64,000 bases of DNA from Mytilus trossulus (lineage: Eukaryota): contig NC_086376.1 in assembly GCF_036588685.1 (NCBI RefSeq), forward strand, positions 87,523,630-87,587,629, written 5' to 3'. How positions within the stretch are numbered: the stretch's first letter is position 1; each line of letters starts with the position of its first letter. Both the position numbers and the translations under genes were made by a program. Under the pieces are notes generated by a model that had not been told where the DNA came from, ran no database searches, and was given only the letters and a program-made list of their open reading frames with translations. This document shows positions 13,507 to 29,700 of this stretch, in pieces.

Positions 13507-16500
13507 GCTGCCCATTAAAATATTCCATATACCAAATATAGTTGATCTATTGCTTATAGTACATGTACTTGAAGAACAGATCAAAACAATAAAACTTAAC
13601 ATTGACCAATGAATCATGAAAATGAGGTCAAATTCAGATGATAACAGGAAATATGTGTTAACCTAATACAATCATTCTATACACCAAATATTGTTGTCTT
13701 GTTGCTTATAGGATGTGAAAAACAGATCAAAAACACAAAAACTTAACATTGACCAATGAACCATGAAAATGAGATCTAGGGAAGGTGATAACTACCAGAC
13801 AGACATGTACACCTAACAACCATTCCATACACAAAATAAAGTTGACCTGTATAGTATTTGAGAAACAGACATACTTGCAAAACTTTAACCCTTGATTACT
13901 GAATCATGAAATGATGTTGAGGTAGAGGTCAGGTTAACCCTATTTAAAGAACTTGTACAGGTTGCAAACCTATATACCAAATATGGTTATCTTATTACAA
14001 TAAGTGACGAAAGAAATCAAACAGTTACTGAACAAAGAAAATGAGGTCACAGTCATTGGACATTTGACAGACAGACACTTTGTATCAAAAGGTATCTGCA
14101 TACAATATTTAAAACATCTATGTCTTTCTACCTTTTGAAATATATGCTAAAAATGAGTTTTAATGTCAAATGAAAGAGTACCGGCTATAAAGTTGCAGAA
14201 AAAACCTGCAAAACTTTTTATAAATGCTGATCAACTTTCAGCATCAGCATACTGTTATTTCGAACCCAATGATAGTTTCAACAGATTCACCTGCAAATTA
14301 CCTGTCGATTTAAACTTTTGACAGTTCTATTATCCCATCTAATAAATACAATAGCTATTGTTCTCTGTGTAGTTTATTCACTGGGACCTTTAAATTTCTT
14401 CTAGGAGAAATCTATCACTCGTTAATTAATTTGACAACTGTGGTATATTTTCCATGTGTTTCTATTTGGTAATAAAACTTTGCCATAACAGAAAAGCTGT
14501 CAGTGAATTAGTGTACAGGAAGACAATAAGGCAATTTCTGCAGATTTTGATAAAATAAAACTTTCTTAAAACCAGTACCCCCTCTTTTTTTTGAATGATC
14601 AATAAAATTGAGAATGGAAATGGGGAATGTATCAAAGAGACAACAACCATTTGAATGGGGACATGTAGTTGGACCCCCCCCCCCCCCCCCCCCCCCCTAT
14701 TAAAAATGGCTGGATCCGCCCCTGAAGGAGACTTCGATGTATGGTCACTTTGATCTTCTGGCAGTCAAACCCTTGCCAGAATGGGGGTTCCAATGGCTGT
14801 GAGGATGTATAGGTATGCAGCCATGTCCAGTCAAAATGAGGGGCAAATCTAGTGCTTTGTAAAGACAGAGTGATACACTCTCTGCACGTTAACAATATCT
14901 TTGGAAAGTCTGCAGGAAACCTGTTGCAAGGTGTAACCAATACATCTTTATAGTTGCAGTCCAAATCAGAGGCCGATTTAGATTTAGGGAAAAAATTTGG
15001 TTGCTTATATAGGGAATCACTGAAGCGTGACTGGAGTGGCCACCCTCTTAGGTCAGTCAGTGGGCCCCCACTTATGAAAATTTCTAGATCTGCGACTGCA
15101 AATTCCCCGCTATGTGCATTCAGGATGGCGTCTGAAGCAGGACCTACCATTGGTGTTTATTGCTTACATTACTCTTGTCCTAAACATGCATGAATAATTC
15201 CCACTGGACATTATGACCTGAACATGCATGAAAATTTCCCACTGGACATTACGCAAACAATCCACTCTGTTCATATTAAATAACTCAAACTAATTTTTAC
15301 TTGTGAAAATCTTGTAATAATAAAGTTCATGTATATATAAGAAATAAAGTTAAATGCAACAAGTTTCTTGTAAATAATAAAAATAGTTATATATCAACTA
15401 TAAATCAACTGGATTAGCACCTAAATAAATAGAAATATGATATGAATAATGATTAGTAATAAAGTCGGTAAGGTTTCTAAATATTCCACCATATAACTGT
15501 GGATTCATTATTGTTGATGATGAAAAATTACTCATCGTGGATTAACAGGTTATTGATGAACCACAAATTTAAACTTTTAACAGTCACAATTTTCTTTAGG
15601 CTTATTACCCATGTTTAAAGAATTTAGCAAACCAAAAACTAAAATATCTATGAAAATACAATTTTTCATCATTCTACGAAATTGGTATCCAAGAAAATTA
15701 ATGAATCCACATTATATACCAGTTCAACTATAAATATTAATATGGTCTATTACACTTCTCTTCATATGAGACATATTCTGTCATATATTTTTTAACTTTG
15801 ATTACTGTTTGTTTTTATTTTTACTCAGTGTAGTACTGCTCATACTATTTGGTAATCTTTCTCAGAAATATCAAATGCATACCAGTAATCAGTTTGAATT
15901 TAAACAAATAGTGACTACCAGTATTTCAATTCTAAAAATCAAATCTTTAGGTATATGCTTTCGAGCATTTCTACAAAACATTAAAAAAGTTTAAGGAAAA
16001 TACTGAGCTCCAAGTTCTGAAAATGTGGCACAAAAAAGTTTGATTTTTTTGTTAAAATGTCCACCACATGTTTAAATACACAAAATATTATTGCACAACT
16101 ATTTAAGGTTAAATAAAATTATAAAATACATAATGCAATATTGTAAATGTTTTGTTCATGTATAAAAATGTTCACAACACAAGCAGACTATAAATAAAAT
16201 AAATAAAAACAATTGGGAAATATTATTTGACATATATTCATTAATATTACAGATAAAATGGTAGAAAAAGTACTTGTAAAAAAATAACAATATAAACTAA
16301 ATAAACCAATGTACATTGTACTAACATCAGTGACTGAAGACCATAAAACAACAGTGCAAATATTTTAAACGCAAAAAACTCCCAACCTGCAGTTGCATTT
16401 GAAAATAAAATAACCTTAAAACAGTTGATAAGTATGACTTGGGGGAAATGCCTAATATTAAATGAACTATTCATGTTAAAGCTACCCATTCATATAATAT

Positions 16501-17514
16501 TATTTTGGCCTAGTTTTTATAAGTAGAAATTCAGAAGGTATCATAAGCCCTGATAAAAAAGAATATTACTGAAAAATCATCCTTTAATCTTTTTTCCATT
16601 TCATGTACATGTATTAAAAGAGTACACATTATGCATATACAATAGTAGGTCAATGGCTTACTTGTATTTAAAACTGGGAAAGGCTGAAGTTTATTAAGCC
16701 CTTCAATAGTTTCATGGTGAAAACAAAACAATTAAAGGGGGACATACACCCTCTTCAAACCTTCTGAATTTGTCACTGGAAAGTGTTCTAATTACAGTAC
16801 AAATATATGCATGTTAGTTATTTTTTCAGTTGAATTTTCTAGTACATGGGAGATAATCCAATTTGAATTATATTCTATTGTCCTTACAAATGTATTATTG
16901 CAAAGCAAAGAAAACTTTTCCACAGATTCATCTCCTATTTAAATTTAAATAATTATATTGATCAGATTGAAAACATTTTAATGATATTGAATATATAGAA
17001 CATCACAAGCATTTTGTTTTAGTTAAAACCTGTATTTTCATCTATTACAAAGATATTATTTTACTCTGACCTGTAAAGTAATTAATGAGTGATAGATTTC
17101 TATTAGAAATAATTAAAAGGTCCTAGTGAATAAACTACACAAAGAACAATAGCTATTGTATTTATTAAAAGGGACAATAGAACTGACAAAATTTTAAATA
17201 TTCATTTGGTTCTCTATAAATATATGGAGAATATATGTGATACATAATAAAAGTATGACTAACAGAAAAATTATGTAAATATAAGCTTCCTATAGAAATT
17301 TTTGGCAGGTAACTTACAAAACATTCATAAATAAATCTCCACAAAAGTTACCAAATTTCTAAAACAATCTAGATTTAAAAAAACAAATATCGTTTTCACT
17401 GAAATCTTCCACCAATATTATTAATGGCAACACCAAATGCATGACATCTTCTATAAAAATTGTATATTTCTGTCTTTTGAAATAAAAAAAAGTCATATAA
17501 AGAGTAAAATTGAG

Positions 17515-17706
17515 TTATTCCGTTTTAAATATTTGTGTTAACTTTGGTGGCCTGTGCTCCTCTATTCTACGTAAGCCAAGATCATCTCTGTCAGCATCCA
17601 CAATCTCTCTCTGTCTCTGTCGAATCAGTCGTCTCTGCCACTGAGTGGCTAGGACAATGGCACTGGTGGCATCACTGTTACTGGAATCTTCAGGAGCCTT
17701 TAAACC
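17515..17706 (-). CDS. vinculin/alpha-catenin-like gene, terminal coding exon
   Basis: ctttag|GGT TTA AAG..; 63 codons GLKAPEDSS..QWQRRLIRQRQRE..DDLGLRRIEEHRPPKLTQIFKTE, then TAA. Confidence 0.8.
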   Translation of the reverse strand, partial: GLKAPEDSSNSDATSAIVLATQWQRRLIRQRQREIVDADRDDLGLRRIEEHRPPKLTQIFKTE

Positions 17707-20700
17707 CTAAAGTAAAAGGTTTAGTATAAAGTTACTGTGGATTCATTTATTTTCATAAGCACCAATTTTCATGAAATTGAGGATAATGTATTTTACAGGA
17801 TATTGGATTCCAGGTATTGCCAAAGTCTGCATAATGAAAAAAATTGTTGTTCAGTGAATATCCTTATTTGTGGTTCAACTGTTTCCATGAAATTGATAAA
17901 ATATATAATCCCAAGAGCTCTCATCTTTGGATTATATTATTGTCTACGGTTCATGTGTATGTGATATTGAAAAAGCCATATCATATACACTTTATTAAAT
18001 ACCACAGAGATGTTTTTAGGCGACAGGACGTCATACAGATTAGGGGTTTAATAAAGCCTTTGCAACAGGAATTGACATTGATGACGTGACGTCATACAGA
18101 TTTAAGATGTGATAAAACCGTGACTGATAGAGATACATGTATCATTGTTGATAGTTGATACAGCATAATTGCCGTTGATTTAATTACACATATAATTTAT
18201 TGGTATTCACTTCTAAGTATATAATAAAAGTTTTTATATGATAATCCTTTAATAAATTTCATGACGTCACAGTGTATATGCCTTTAATGAGCAGACTGTA
18301 CTTATTGATTTTTCCATATGCACGAACATTTATGTTTTATTCAATAAACACAATACACATTAACATTACAAAAGTGCAGTTGTAACACAAGTTTTAACAC
18401 TTTTACAGCTTAAATCTCCTTATATCAAGGGTATAATAGTCAAATCAATGATTATACAATTTGTTTTCTTGTTTGAGGGTAAAAAAATCTCCACAAAAAT
18501 TATATGTGCCAATGCTTATACAACTGCATACTAAATATCATTGGCTTACCATTTATAGTGGTTTTCCTTAATAAACTGACCTAATCACAAACTTTAGCAT
18601 TTTAATTAACCATGACTGAGGGGTAGGGTCAAATAATCTCCATGGAAATTATATGTATTACAAATGTTATTTCAACTGATTGGGAAGCTAGTGTTTTAAT
18701 TTGCATAAGGACAGTCTATTTGAAGATGTGTGTGATAAGGATGATTGCCTTTATAATTATTATTGAATTCTAATCACGTATCAGTGTCACCAAACGCATA
18801 TACAAAAGAACTGAGTGTTTGATATGGGACAAATAACTGGACACTTCATTGGTGAGTTTTTCCAAAAAATCCTGTCTATAGATGGACTGGTCTTAAATGA
18901 GCTAACTTCTTAAACCCCGCCCATTCAAGTGAAATTAATCAAGTAATACCAATGCTTATTCAACTATATATTAGATGTCATGGCAGGACAATAGAACTGT
19001 TTACATCATACATACTTTTACACATACTGCCTCAGCTGCTTTCATGGTCTGTAGAACAATCTTCATCAAGTTTTCTGCATTCTCCGTCAAAATTTTAGTC
19101 ACCTAAAATGAAATAAAACATTTGGGTTTTAAGACATAGGAAATTCTAACTTATCCAAAACATTACAGTTTTACTCCTGTTCATTAATAGATATATAAAC
19201 AATTCAACAGTTTCATGAAACTGCTTAAAGAAGTTTTGAGTTATAACCTGAAAACTAGAAGATTCCCCTTTTTTTATGAATAAAATGCCATAATCCGGAA
19301 TCATAATATCTAAAATTTATATAAATTAAAGGGAGCTGACATCAATAGATATAAACAAAGTGAACACAAATTGGCTAAAGCCTTTTAAACTGAAGAACAG
19401 ACAGACAATGGTTTACCATAATACATCCTGGAAACAGGCATATGATGTTCAGTAGTTGTTGTTTGTTGATGTGGTTCATAAAAGTTTCTCGTTTCATAGT
19501 TGTTTATATAGACTAGATCGTTGTTTTTCACGTTTTAATGGTTTTAAACTAGTCATTTTTGGGGACCTTTATAGCTTGCTGTTTGGTGTGAGCCAAGGCT
19601 TCGTGTTGACGACCGTATTTTGACCTATAATGGTTTACTTTTATAAATTGTGACTCGGATGGAGAGTTGTCTAACTGGCACTCATACCACATCTTCTTAT
19701 AATAACTTATATCTATATAAAAGGTTATAATTCAATTCATGGAAAATTACTCAATGGCATTCTTATTGCATGAAAGATGCGAGAAAACTAATGCACTTGC
19801 ATTTCTACCATGAAACCTTACCAAAAAATCAGATATTATTGTAGTCTTCTATTTTGACAAAAGTTGCAAAGCTAGGTAATGCAAAAAAATTAACTCTTAT
19901 TTCAAATTTTTATTGCATCATGTAGTTGCAGCTTTCGTTGACATTGCAATAATTAAAGTCCTGTTTGAGTCAATTCACAATAAAAAAATAAACGCACATA
20001 ATAATTTCTGAAAAAACAGTTTTCAAAAGTGCATTTTTACAGAAAAAACTTGGTATCTGTGTGTAATTTATAAAAGATGTATACAAGGCTCCGTGTTGAA
20101 GGCCGGACATTGACCTATAAAGGTTTACTTTTATAAATTGTTATTTGGATGGAGAGTTGTCCCATTGGCACTCACATCACATCTTCCTATATCTATATAC
20201 AGTTTATATGCAGTAAATACTAAATAGGTGCAAAAAAGCACTGCAAACAGTGATACAGCAAATCTAAAATGTGATCAAATTGATAGTGATAATCTAGCAT
20301 GGCAATTCTAATCTCCATGACAAAACTCACATCTAATAAATGACAAACACATTCATTCAAAACTTTCTGGCTTTGCTACTAAGATTCTTCAACATAAGAC
20401 TGATATTTAAAGCAAATTGTAGCTTATTTTTAAGTAAATATAAACACTTCTACACAAAGTAATATTTCACACATATTTCTACCTTGTCTTTGTACCAAAC
20501 AAACACTTCCTCATTTGATGGAATCTATAAAATGTCATATAAGTTTTTCATCTAACATTTAATTCAATTATTAACATATTTCAAGTTTCTTTTGATGGAA
20601 ATATCATTGGGAGAGATCCCTTTGCCCCAAACAAAAATGCATCCTTTTGCACCACAACTTTTTCCTCAAATGCTACGTTTGCGCCACCTGTTTTAAAATT

Positions 20701-23700
20701 AAATGGTATCAATTGCATCAAAAATAAAACATACAATTGCGCCAATTAAAAGAAAAATGACTTCCCTACTCCTATATTCGGACTGGGAACCAGCAGTTTA
20801 AACAGTAAATGTTTCCTTTTCTGAAACATATCTTATCCAAAAATACAAACATTGAAGGATGAAATGCATAAAACAGTTCATAATAATTCCTAATAATTAT
20901 AAAGCTAAAAGGCATGGTGGAAACAAAGTACTGTGAGTTCCGAATATTGGCGCAATTGATATATATTGAAAGCAAAATTTGGCGCAAATGATTATTGATA
21001 CCCCTGAAAATCAGTAATTGGGGCAAAAGTCTGCTGCCGTATGATTGAAATGTATTGTAAAATGACAGCTATTCTAAAGCTAACAACTAAAAATTTAAGT
21101 CCAGATGTTACCACAAAGTCTTTAACTGGTTACACTTCTTACACTATAAAACAAGCTCCATTAGTCACCCTTAGAACATGTATATAAAATATAAACAGTA
21201 AAATAAAGTAAACAAAACATCTATTCAAATTTGTAAATGTTGACGTCCATTTTCATACTTATCTTTAATTCAAAATATTTAAAATCACAAATCCTACCCC
21301 CTCAGCTTACCCTTCGGGAACACCTGAAATCACCCAGAGTTTTTGGTAGGGTTCATGTTGCTAAGATTTTATTTTTACATGTTGTGTTTTGTATACTATT
21401 GTTTGTATGCCATGGCTTTATATGTTTATTTTCAATTTATAAGTTTGAATGTCCCGCTAGTATCTTTCATCCCACTTGTTCACTTTAATCTTTAATGTGG
21501 TAATTGATTATGCTTTTATTTTACAAGAAACCATCTGAAAGAAAGCTAAAAATTGGCAATCCTGTCTCTTGTTCAGGTCCCAGCAACAAACCCTTCCAAT
21601 AATTAACTTACATCTCCATCTCCTGATGAGCCTTGATGGACATTGGATATTATACTCAGCTGTGTACTGACTGTTGGTATCTGGTTGGCATAAAATATCA
21701 AATCTCTGGCAAACCTAAAAAAGATTAATAAAAGAGTATATTTTAAAGTTAATGGTTTTTCCAATTAAATTATTGCGAAAGCCAATGATACTTTTTCCTG
21801 AATAAACTACACACAGAACAATACCTATTGTATTTGTTCAATGGGACAAAAGAACTGCCAAAAGTTAAAATGGACAGGAACCTATCAGGTGAATCTGTGA
21901 AAAAGTATCATAAGGTTCGCAATAAGTCAAATGACTTTATTCAAATAAAAGAAGAATGTGGCTGATGACATGAATGTCCCTGTTCAAACTTTGCAATTTT
22001 CAAATTTAAAAAGGGGTCTAACTCTCTGACAGTAAATGACTTGCTGCTAAAATTAAAATTCTGTCTGTGTGTTGCCATTCTAAGCAATGTGTTTAAGTTT
22101 TATAAAATTTGCTTTAGGCATGTAAGTAAGAGCACAGAACCAAAAAATTTCAATTTTCCAAGTTATTAAGGGACATAACTCTAAACTGTAAGTGACTCAC
22201 TGCCCAAATTCAAACTCTGTTTGCAAGTTTTGATTTTTAATTGTGTACGAGTTTTGTAAAATTTGCATGTGGCAATAAATTATTTATTTTATATTTTTAT
22301 ACAAATAGGTTCTGATCTTAAATCTACAATATACTAGATATAACCAGTTGACTCTGGTAAGAATTAGTTAAACTTCATTTATAACACCAAGTTTGCAGAT
22401 TACATATTGGAATTTTATATCATGGCAGTTTGGGATTTCAGTATTCTATTGATAAACTGTATAAAAATATAATCAATAAATAAGACATAATACGGGTAAA
22501 ACTAAAATTTAACTGCAATTATTTTAGTATCAACCAAAATATTTAATTCTGAAAAAAGATGTGCAAAAAAAAAATTGGCAAAATTTTTTTGTATACTTTG
22601 TTGCCCCTGAATCTGAAAATTTTACACCAGCAAAAATAACCCTTTATATGGTCTGTCACAGTTAGCACAGTGACAGAATCAATTAATCAATGAAAGATTG
22701 TACATTTTGAATTATTTCTATAGAATATTGTGCAAATGTCAGCAAGAAGGAAGGGTTTCCTGTCTTGACACTAGACAACACTCACAAATAGAAGGAACAC
22801 TGAATATAGACAAAAGCTTTTCATTTAGTGTTTGTGTACCAAATAATTGGCTTAGGCTTACTTAAAGTTATGCAGATATTTTTTATTTAGTATTTTTTTC
22901 AGGAAATAGGAGGTTAAAATAAAGGATAAAGAGAAAAGAAAACATTATGCACTTCAAACTATTTTATGCAATGTATGAAATTCTGACTATTTTGAAAATA
23001 TTCATCAATTTTGAAACTGTGATTCCTGCAAACAAACCTTTTATCCACACAATGCTGAGAGAGGATTTCTGCAAATTTCATCATCTTTCTTCCATTCTCT
23101 GCTACAGATCTTGCTGTCTTTACTAGTTCTTCATGTGTCTGTAAAATCAAAGAAATAAATTATATTATCCTGATTTAGAGTAATTTCTCGCAATTTGATT
23201 GGCTGATATTGTCCTAATAAATTTCAGTACAATTTTTTATTACGTCAATAGGAATTATCTCCCTTATTTATTACGTCACTTGGGATTATCTCCCTTCTAC
23301 CATTGACCTAATTTTTTTTTTTTAAATGAGTTGCTTCATAGTCCTAATATTTTAATTTTTCACAGTTTAAGATTAAATATCTAAAATAAATTTGGTTGCT
23401 GTTGTCATTAAATTGAATTTAAATATAATAATATGTAATATAACAAAATCAGGATAAATTCGTTACACAGTGTTCAATTGTCCTAATACGGAATTTATCG
23501 GGTCAATAAAATTCATATCATGTTTGGCTTCGCCTCACCCGATATGAATTTTATTGACCCGATAAATTCTCGTATTAGGACAATTGAACACTGTGTAACT
23601 AATATTATTTGCCCAGAATTTAAAACTAGAGGCTCTAAAGAGCCTGTGTCGCTCACCTTGGTCTATGTGCATATTAAACAAAGGACACAAATGGATTCAT

Positions 23701-26700
23701 GACAAAATTGTATTTTGGTGATGGTGATGTGTTTGAAGTTCTTACTTTACTGAACGATTTTGCTTCTTACAATTATATCTATCATGAACTTTGCCCATTA
23801 GTAACAGAGAACTATATTTGGTAAAAATTTACATAAATTTACCAAATTAATGAAAATTGTTAAAAATTGACTATAAAGGGCAATAACTCCTAAAGGGGTC
23901 AACTGACCATTTTGGTCATGCTGACTTATTTGTAGATCTTACTTTGCTGAACATTATTGCTGTTTACAATTTATCTCTATCTATAATAATATTCAAGATA
24001 ATAACCAAAAACAGCAAAATTTCCTCAAAATTACCAATTCAGGGGCAGCAACCCAACAACCGATTGACCGATTCATCTGAAAATTTCAGGGCAGATAGTT
24101 CTTGACCTGATAAACATTTTTATCCCATGTCAGATTTCCTCAAAATGCTTTGGTTTTTGAGTTATAAGCCAAAAACTGCATTTTACCCCTATGTTCTATT
24201 TTTAGCGGTGGCGGCCATCTTGGTTGGTTGACCAGGTCACGCCACACATTTTTTAAACTAGATACCCCAAAGATGATTGTGGCCAAGTTTGGATTAATTT
24301 GGCCAAGTAGTTTCAGAGGAGAAGATTTTTGTAAAAGATTACTTTAATTTTCGAAAAATGGTTAAAAATTGACTATAAAGGGCAATAACTCCTAAACGGG
24401 TCAACTGACCATTTTGGTCATGCTGACTTATTTGTAGATCTTACTTTGCTGAACATTATTGCTGTTTACAGTTTATCTCTATCTATAATAATATTCAAGA
24501 TAATAACCAAAAACAGCAAAATTTCTTCAAAATTACCAATTCAGGGGCAGCAACCCAACAACCGATTGACCGATTCATCTGAAAATTTCAGGGCAGATAG
24601 ATCTTGACCTGATAAACATTTTTATCCCTTGTCAGATTTGCTCTTTATGCTTTGGTTTTTGAGTTATAAGCCAAAAACTGCATTTTACCCCTATGTTCTA
24701 TTTTTAGCCGTGGCGGCCATCTTGGTTGGTTGACCGGGTCACGCCACACATTTTTTAAACTAGATACCCCAATGATGATTGTGGCCAAGTTTGGTTTGAT
24801 TTGGCCCAGTAGTTTCAGAGGAGAAGATTTTTGTAAAAGTTAACGACGACGGACGACGACGGACGACGACGGACGACGGACGACGACGACGACGACGGAC
24901 GCCGGACGCCAAGTGATGAGAAAAGCTCACTTGGCCCTTCGGGCCAGGTGAGCTAAAAAAGAAAGAATGGTGCAACTGACTGTCAAACTGTCACCAAAGG
25001 ATATCAGCCATCCTTAGAGCACATTAACCTAGAAAGTTATATTAAAAGGAGTAAATCAGATCACAGTTTTCAAGAAATGAATTCATACAGTGACCTTCTG
25101 AATGCAAAAGCCTTTTTAAACCTGCATTAATGTAATGTAATATGTTGCAATTTCGAAATTGACCTATTTGACCTAGATATGACAACTGTTTATGCTGGCT
25201 GTTCAAAACAAGTAGTACTCCTCCCTCTAAAAAAATCACATTGCCAGTTGTTTGCTTGTTCACAAACTAAAAAGGGAGGTTCATGGAATAGCCTTCACAA
25301 ACACTCTACACTAATAAACATTGGACATATAGATTAACTTAATTGTCCTAATCAGAATTGAGATAGTTGATGCAAGCTATACTTTATTGTAGTTTTAACA
25401 TGGGTATTTTACTATCGCTCAAGCAAAAATTAATCACCAATATAGTACCTACCCATGTTAAAACTACAATAAAGTATAGCTTGAATCAATTATTTCTTAA
25501 TTAAGGCCATTTGCCGGCAGAGAAAATAAACAAAGCCAAAACCATCATTCTTTTGATTTTCAACGTAGATCTTGGTTCTATAATTTTTACTTCTATTTAC
25601 AAAATAACAATTTTTTCTTCTACTGTATTACAGCATTCAAAAAAGTCTTAAAATAAACTAGACCTTCCACATAACCAGGTACCTGTTGAAGAGCAGATGA
25701 TATAATATTGATAAATTTCATTAATAAATAAAAGGTGTTGTACTATGTTGAACTCAAAACTAGAATAACTTTGAAATTCATTCAATTTTAGGGTTAATTT
25801 GAATCTAAAACCATCTGTCAAATTTTTTTGAAACTGCCTACTGTAAATTCTAATATTATGACATGCATTTATTATTGCAAATTTCATCATTCTAGACAAA
25901 ATGCAATTTCAATTTTTGCCATATTAAGAAAAATCCTGTTTCTTTCGTATCTAGATTTTCAAAATGAGAGTTTAAATTATTGTCATTATAGCGCTGTCAC
26001 AATTTTTGCAATAATTTCTGAATTTACAGTATTTAAAGCAGTGATGTGGTCATACAGTTTAAGTTATTCGAACTATGCCTGAAATATTATTTTTTATATG
26101 AAAAGGCCATACAAAGGTCAAATTGTGTATTCAACCCTGATGTGATAAATCTGTTTCCAAGTAATTACATCTTAATTCCCAAATAAAAATCATAAAATTA
26201 ATATTAAAAACAAACAAAGATGCTTTCCTCCTTTGTACCTTTAATCTGATTATTTACCTTTTCCTAGAAATAATCAGAATTAATTATAGATTATATGTGA
26301 CACCAGGTGTGAAATTGTCACTCACCCTGTAAACAAAAGATTATGGGAGGAGTCTTATGAAATACCTCAGTATTTACAGAGGTGTGCAGAACCAATTTAT
26401 GTATGATGAATCAAGGGCCACATTCAGTATCGTAGCTGCTACATTGTTTTTGACGGTTGAACGTGTGGCTATAGACTAGCTGCTACATAGATATTGAGAA
26501 CAGCTACGTAGCCGCTACTTAGCTGCTCAATATTGAACTCAACCCTGATAATTTTTTTTATTTTTCTATTTATTTTTAGACAATGCAATTTTTATATATC
26601 AATTGTGGATGTTTTTGTTATCGTCAATATTCATTAACATCTGTTTTTAGAAGTACAATTACAATTATTTCTGCATTTTCTGTTGCAGAATTTTAATTTT

Positions 26701-29700
26701 CATCCTGTCTTGGACAGGTCTACTAATGGTCATGCAGCTCTAACATGACCAAGATATGCCCCAACAAAATGAAATGAAATTCCCCTGAACTTATTGAGTG
26801 AGAACTTCAGAATAGCATATTATACCTATTTGTAAATTAATTTTCCTAGAAATCCTACCACAAAAAAAAGTTTTTAAAAATTTGTGATTTGGCTGTTGAA
26901 AGCTCATGAAATAAACCCCATATTGAATTTTATACAGTTACTGTCTTTTGATGAGGTAAATATGTGGTTTCATTGACTTTTGCCAACGGGCGAAGTGAAT
27001 TTCATTTTTTTTAATTTCAATTAAACCATATATTTACCAAAACAAAAGATAGTAATTTTTTACCATAACCAAAAGCACACAATGTTTTGCACGGTGAATA
27101 TACTTTTTCCGTAGATGAACATGCTTGTTTATTCAAATTTCACATTCACATAGAAAAACCTTCTTAAGTTTTATCAAAATGGAATTTTAAGATTTATTCA
27201 ATATTTCCAATTTCCTATAATCTCTGTCAATTGAAGGAACCTAAAACTAGTTTCTATTATGATAAAAACAGTCATTTTGGATCATTGATGGTTATAACAA
27301 AGACTTTTCTGTACTGAGATCTAGTTGACTAGCAGATGCAACACTAAATACTTTTCTTCTATATATATTTTGATTAATGATTAAACAATGTAATACAAAA
27401 GTACATAGTTGTAACTGTTGTTACCGATTTTATCCCTAAATTCATATTTTTTAAGAGGTGCAACTGAAAGTAGGCAAATGCATCATGTAAAATATAAAAA
27501 AATAAATAGGATCAACTGTTATTAAGTGAGTATGAAAGTATAAACATATTTGATTTGATTTGTTTTTAATTTTATTTAAGTATATTTACCATTCAATTAA
27601 AGAAAGGGAAGGAAAAGATTTAAAAAGGAAAACTATTTCTATTTAGTTAAAAGATGGACTTTTCCCCATTGTCCTTAGAAAGGGGAGAGGGAGAGTTACA
27701 CTAAGTGTGCTAACACACTTGGCAACCCTCACACTCTTCACATGCCTGTCCAATTAAGGAGCATGGGTACTCGCATAGGTAATGACCCTGTAAACTAAAA
27801 CCCTTTAAAAGCCACAAAGCTATCTATGGTGGTCTCCTAAACAGCCTGTGGAAGATAGTTTCCCACAATCTGCCCAATATGTATTTAATGGACAATGTGA
27901 TAAACATGTCATGTTAAATAAACAGTAGTTCTATAGTGCTTATCTTGAAAAAAAATCAAATAAACAAGTCTGACCAAAAATAATGGTGTTTCAGTATCAA
28001 AAATATGAAAATATGTACAAAAAAACACATTCCAACATTGTAGTAAAAATCACAAAAATGCTGATGGTTTTATAAACTTTTTCCCCTGGGGACCAACATG
28101 AGGTTGAAGGCCCAGTACCTTTTCTATATATAGCTAGACAATCACTGTCCCCTTTTAACATGTTTAAACATATAAAAAAGCATATTTTTTTTTTAATGTA
28201 AATTATAAAAGACAACATCAATGTTCATCAAATGTTTTCTTCCTGTTCCTAATATAGGCCCAGACACAGTTATATAAGTATCATGAAGTCATTGAACCTT
28301 ATTTAATGCTAATCTGTTTACTCTAAGTACAGTTTAATGAAATCCAAGCTGTTCCCTCAAAAATAAAACTGAACATATGTACAATATATTCTATAAAAAC
28401 TGCACACCATATCATCAAGGGATTTTTTGCTTCATAAACAATTGTTATTTTCTACTTAATTTAACCAATCCTTGTTTTATTGTAAATTGTTTAATTCCTT
28501 GTAAATGAATATGAATAAATATATGAATACTAACTATGAACCAACCAAGGTTAAGCTAAAATCTTTACGAATGACTTGATAAAGAAAAATAAGAAATATT
28601 TGTGGCATTCTAAACTTGATTTTTCTCTAATACAGACATGAATAAATTAGTTCTTAGAATTACTGGACTGTTTATTGGTTTAATACTAAGTGTTTTATCG
28701 TAAGTATACTCTTTTGTTATTATTTGTGTAAAATGTTTTGTTTGATCAATATTTCATTTATTCATTATTGATGATAATTCAGAAGAAGAAAAAATGTACT
28801 GTAAATTCTGAAATTATTGTGATGTTTTTATTATTGCCAAAAATGTGAAAGGGTTATAAACGCAATACCTAAAATTCACATTTGAAATTTTTTGTGTGCA
28901 AACAGGATTTTTCTGAATATCACAAAAATTCAAGTTGAAAAACAAAATCACAATAATAAATGCACACAATTATTTCTGAATTTACAGTATTCCTTAACTT
29001 TACAGATATTAATATAAAGTGCTACAGCTAGAAATATACCGGGTATATCAACTTCAATAAATATATTCATTTTATAATTAGAATTCTAGTATAACATGTA
29101 TAATATTCTTTTTTCACTTTAGAAACAAACAAATAGAACATGGTCTGCACATGATTGATGTCACAATAGAAATTGTCATTTTGATAATGAACAACACCGG
29201 ATATGAAAATGAACATTTTTGTTGATATTGCTTGCTAGGAAATTAAATAAACTCAATCCTAAAGAAAGTTTACATATATATTTGTTATTTTTTTTCTTGT
29301 ATATCGTTTGAATTTCTGTAACCTTTTGGTATCTTTAAATCAAAATTACAGTCTTAAAAAAGTGTACAAAAATTCCTAAGGAAATGCAGTGGAAATAATG
29401 CAACCAGTAATGTCTGTTAATATATTTTTTTTCTTTTTGTTTTTTAAAGACATGGATTTGGTTTTGCAAATTCCTAGAAATATTTTAGTGATGTTATAAT
29501 TATAAATTTTCTAACAATTGCATTAAAAACTGCAACTGGTAATACAAATTTCTTACATATTTACATATTTACCAAAACATTAAAATAAGGCTGAGTATAA
29601 AATGCTAATACATAATCAGAATTTAATATTATAAAATAATCCAACTACTTTACAATAAATATATTTTCTCCATCATTTAAAATTCAAATCTTATATTTCC

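Noticed and set aside
14632-15193. 172-aa and 79-aa ORFs
   Set aside because: They run through MITE/SINE fragments and a poly-C tract; no recognisable domain or supported splice structure.
24760-24975. Arg-rich ORF (also 32304-32639, 32897-33169 and 53069-53254)
   Set aside because: Translations of the GACG microsatellite and body of Helentron-like elements.
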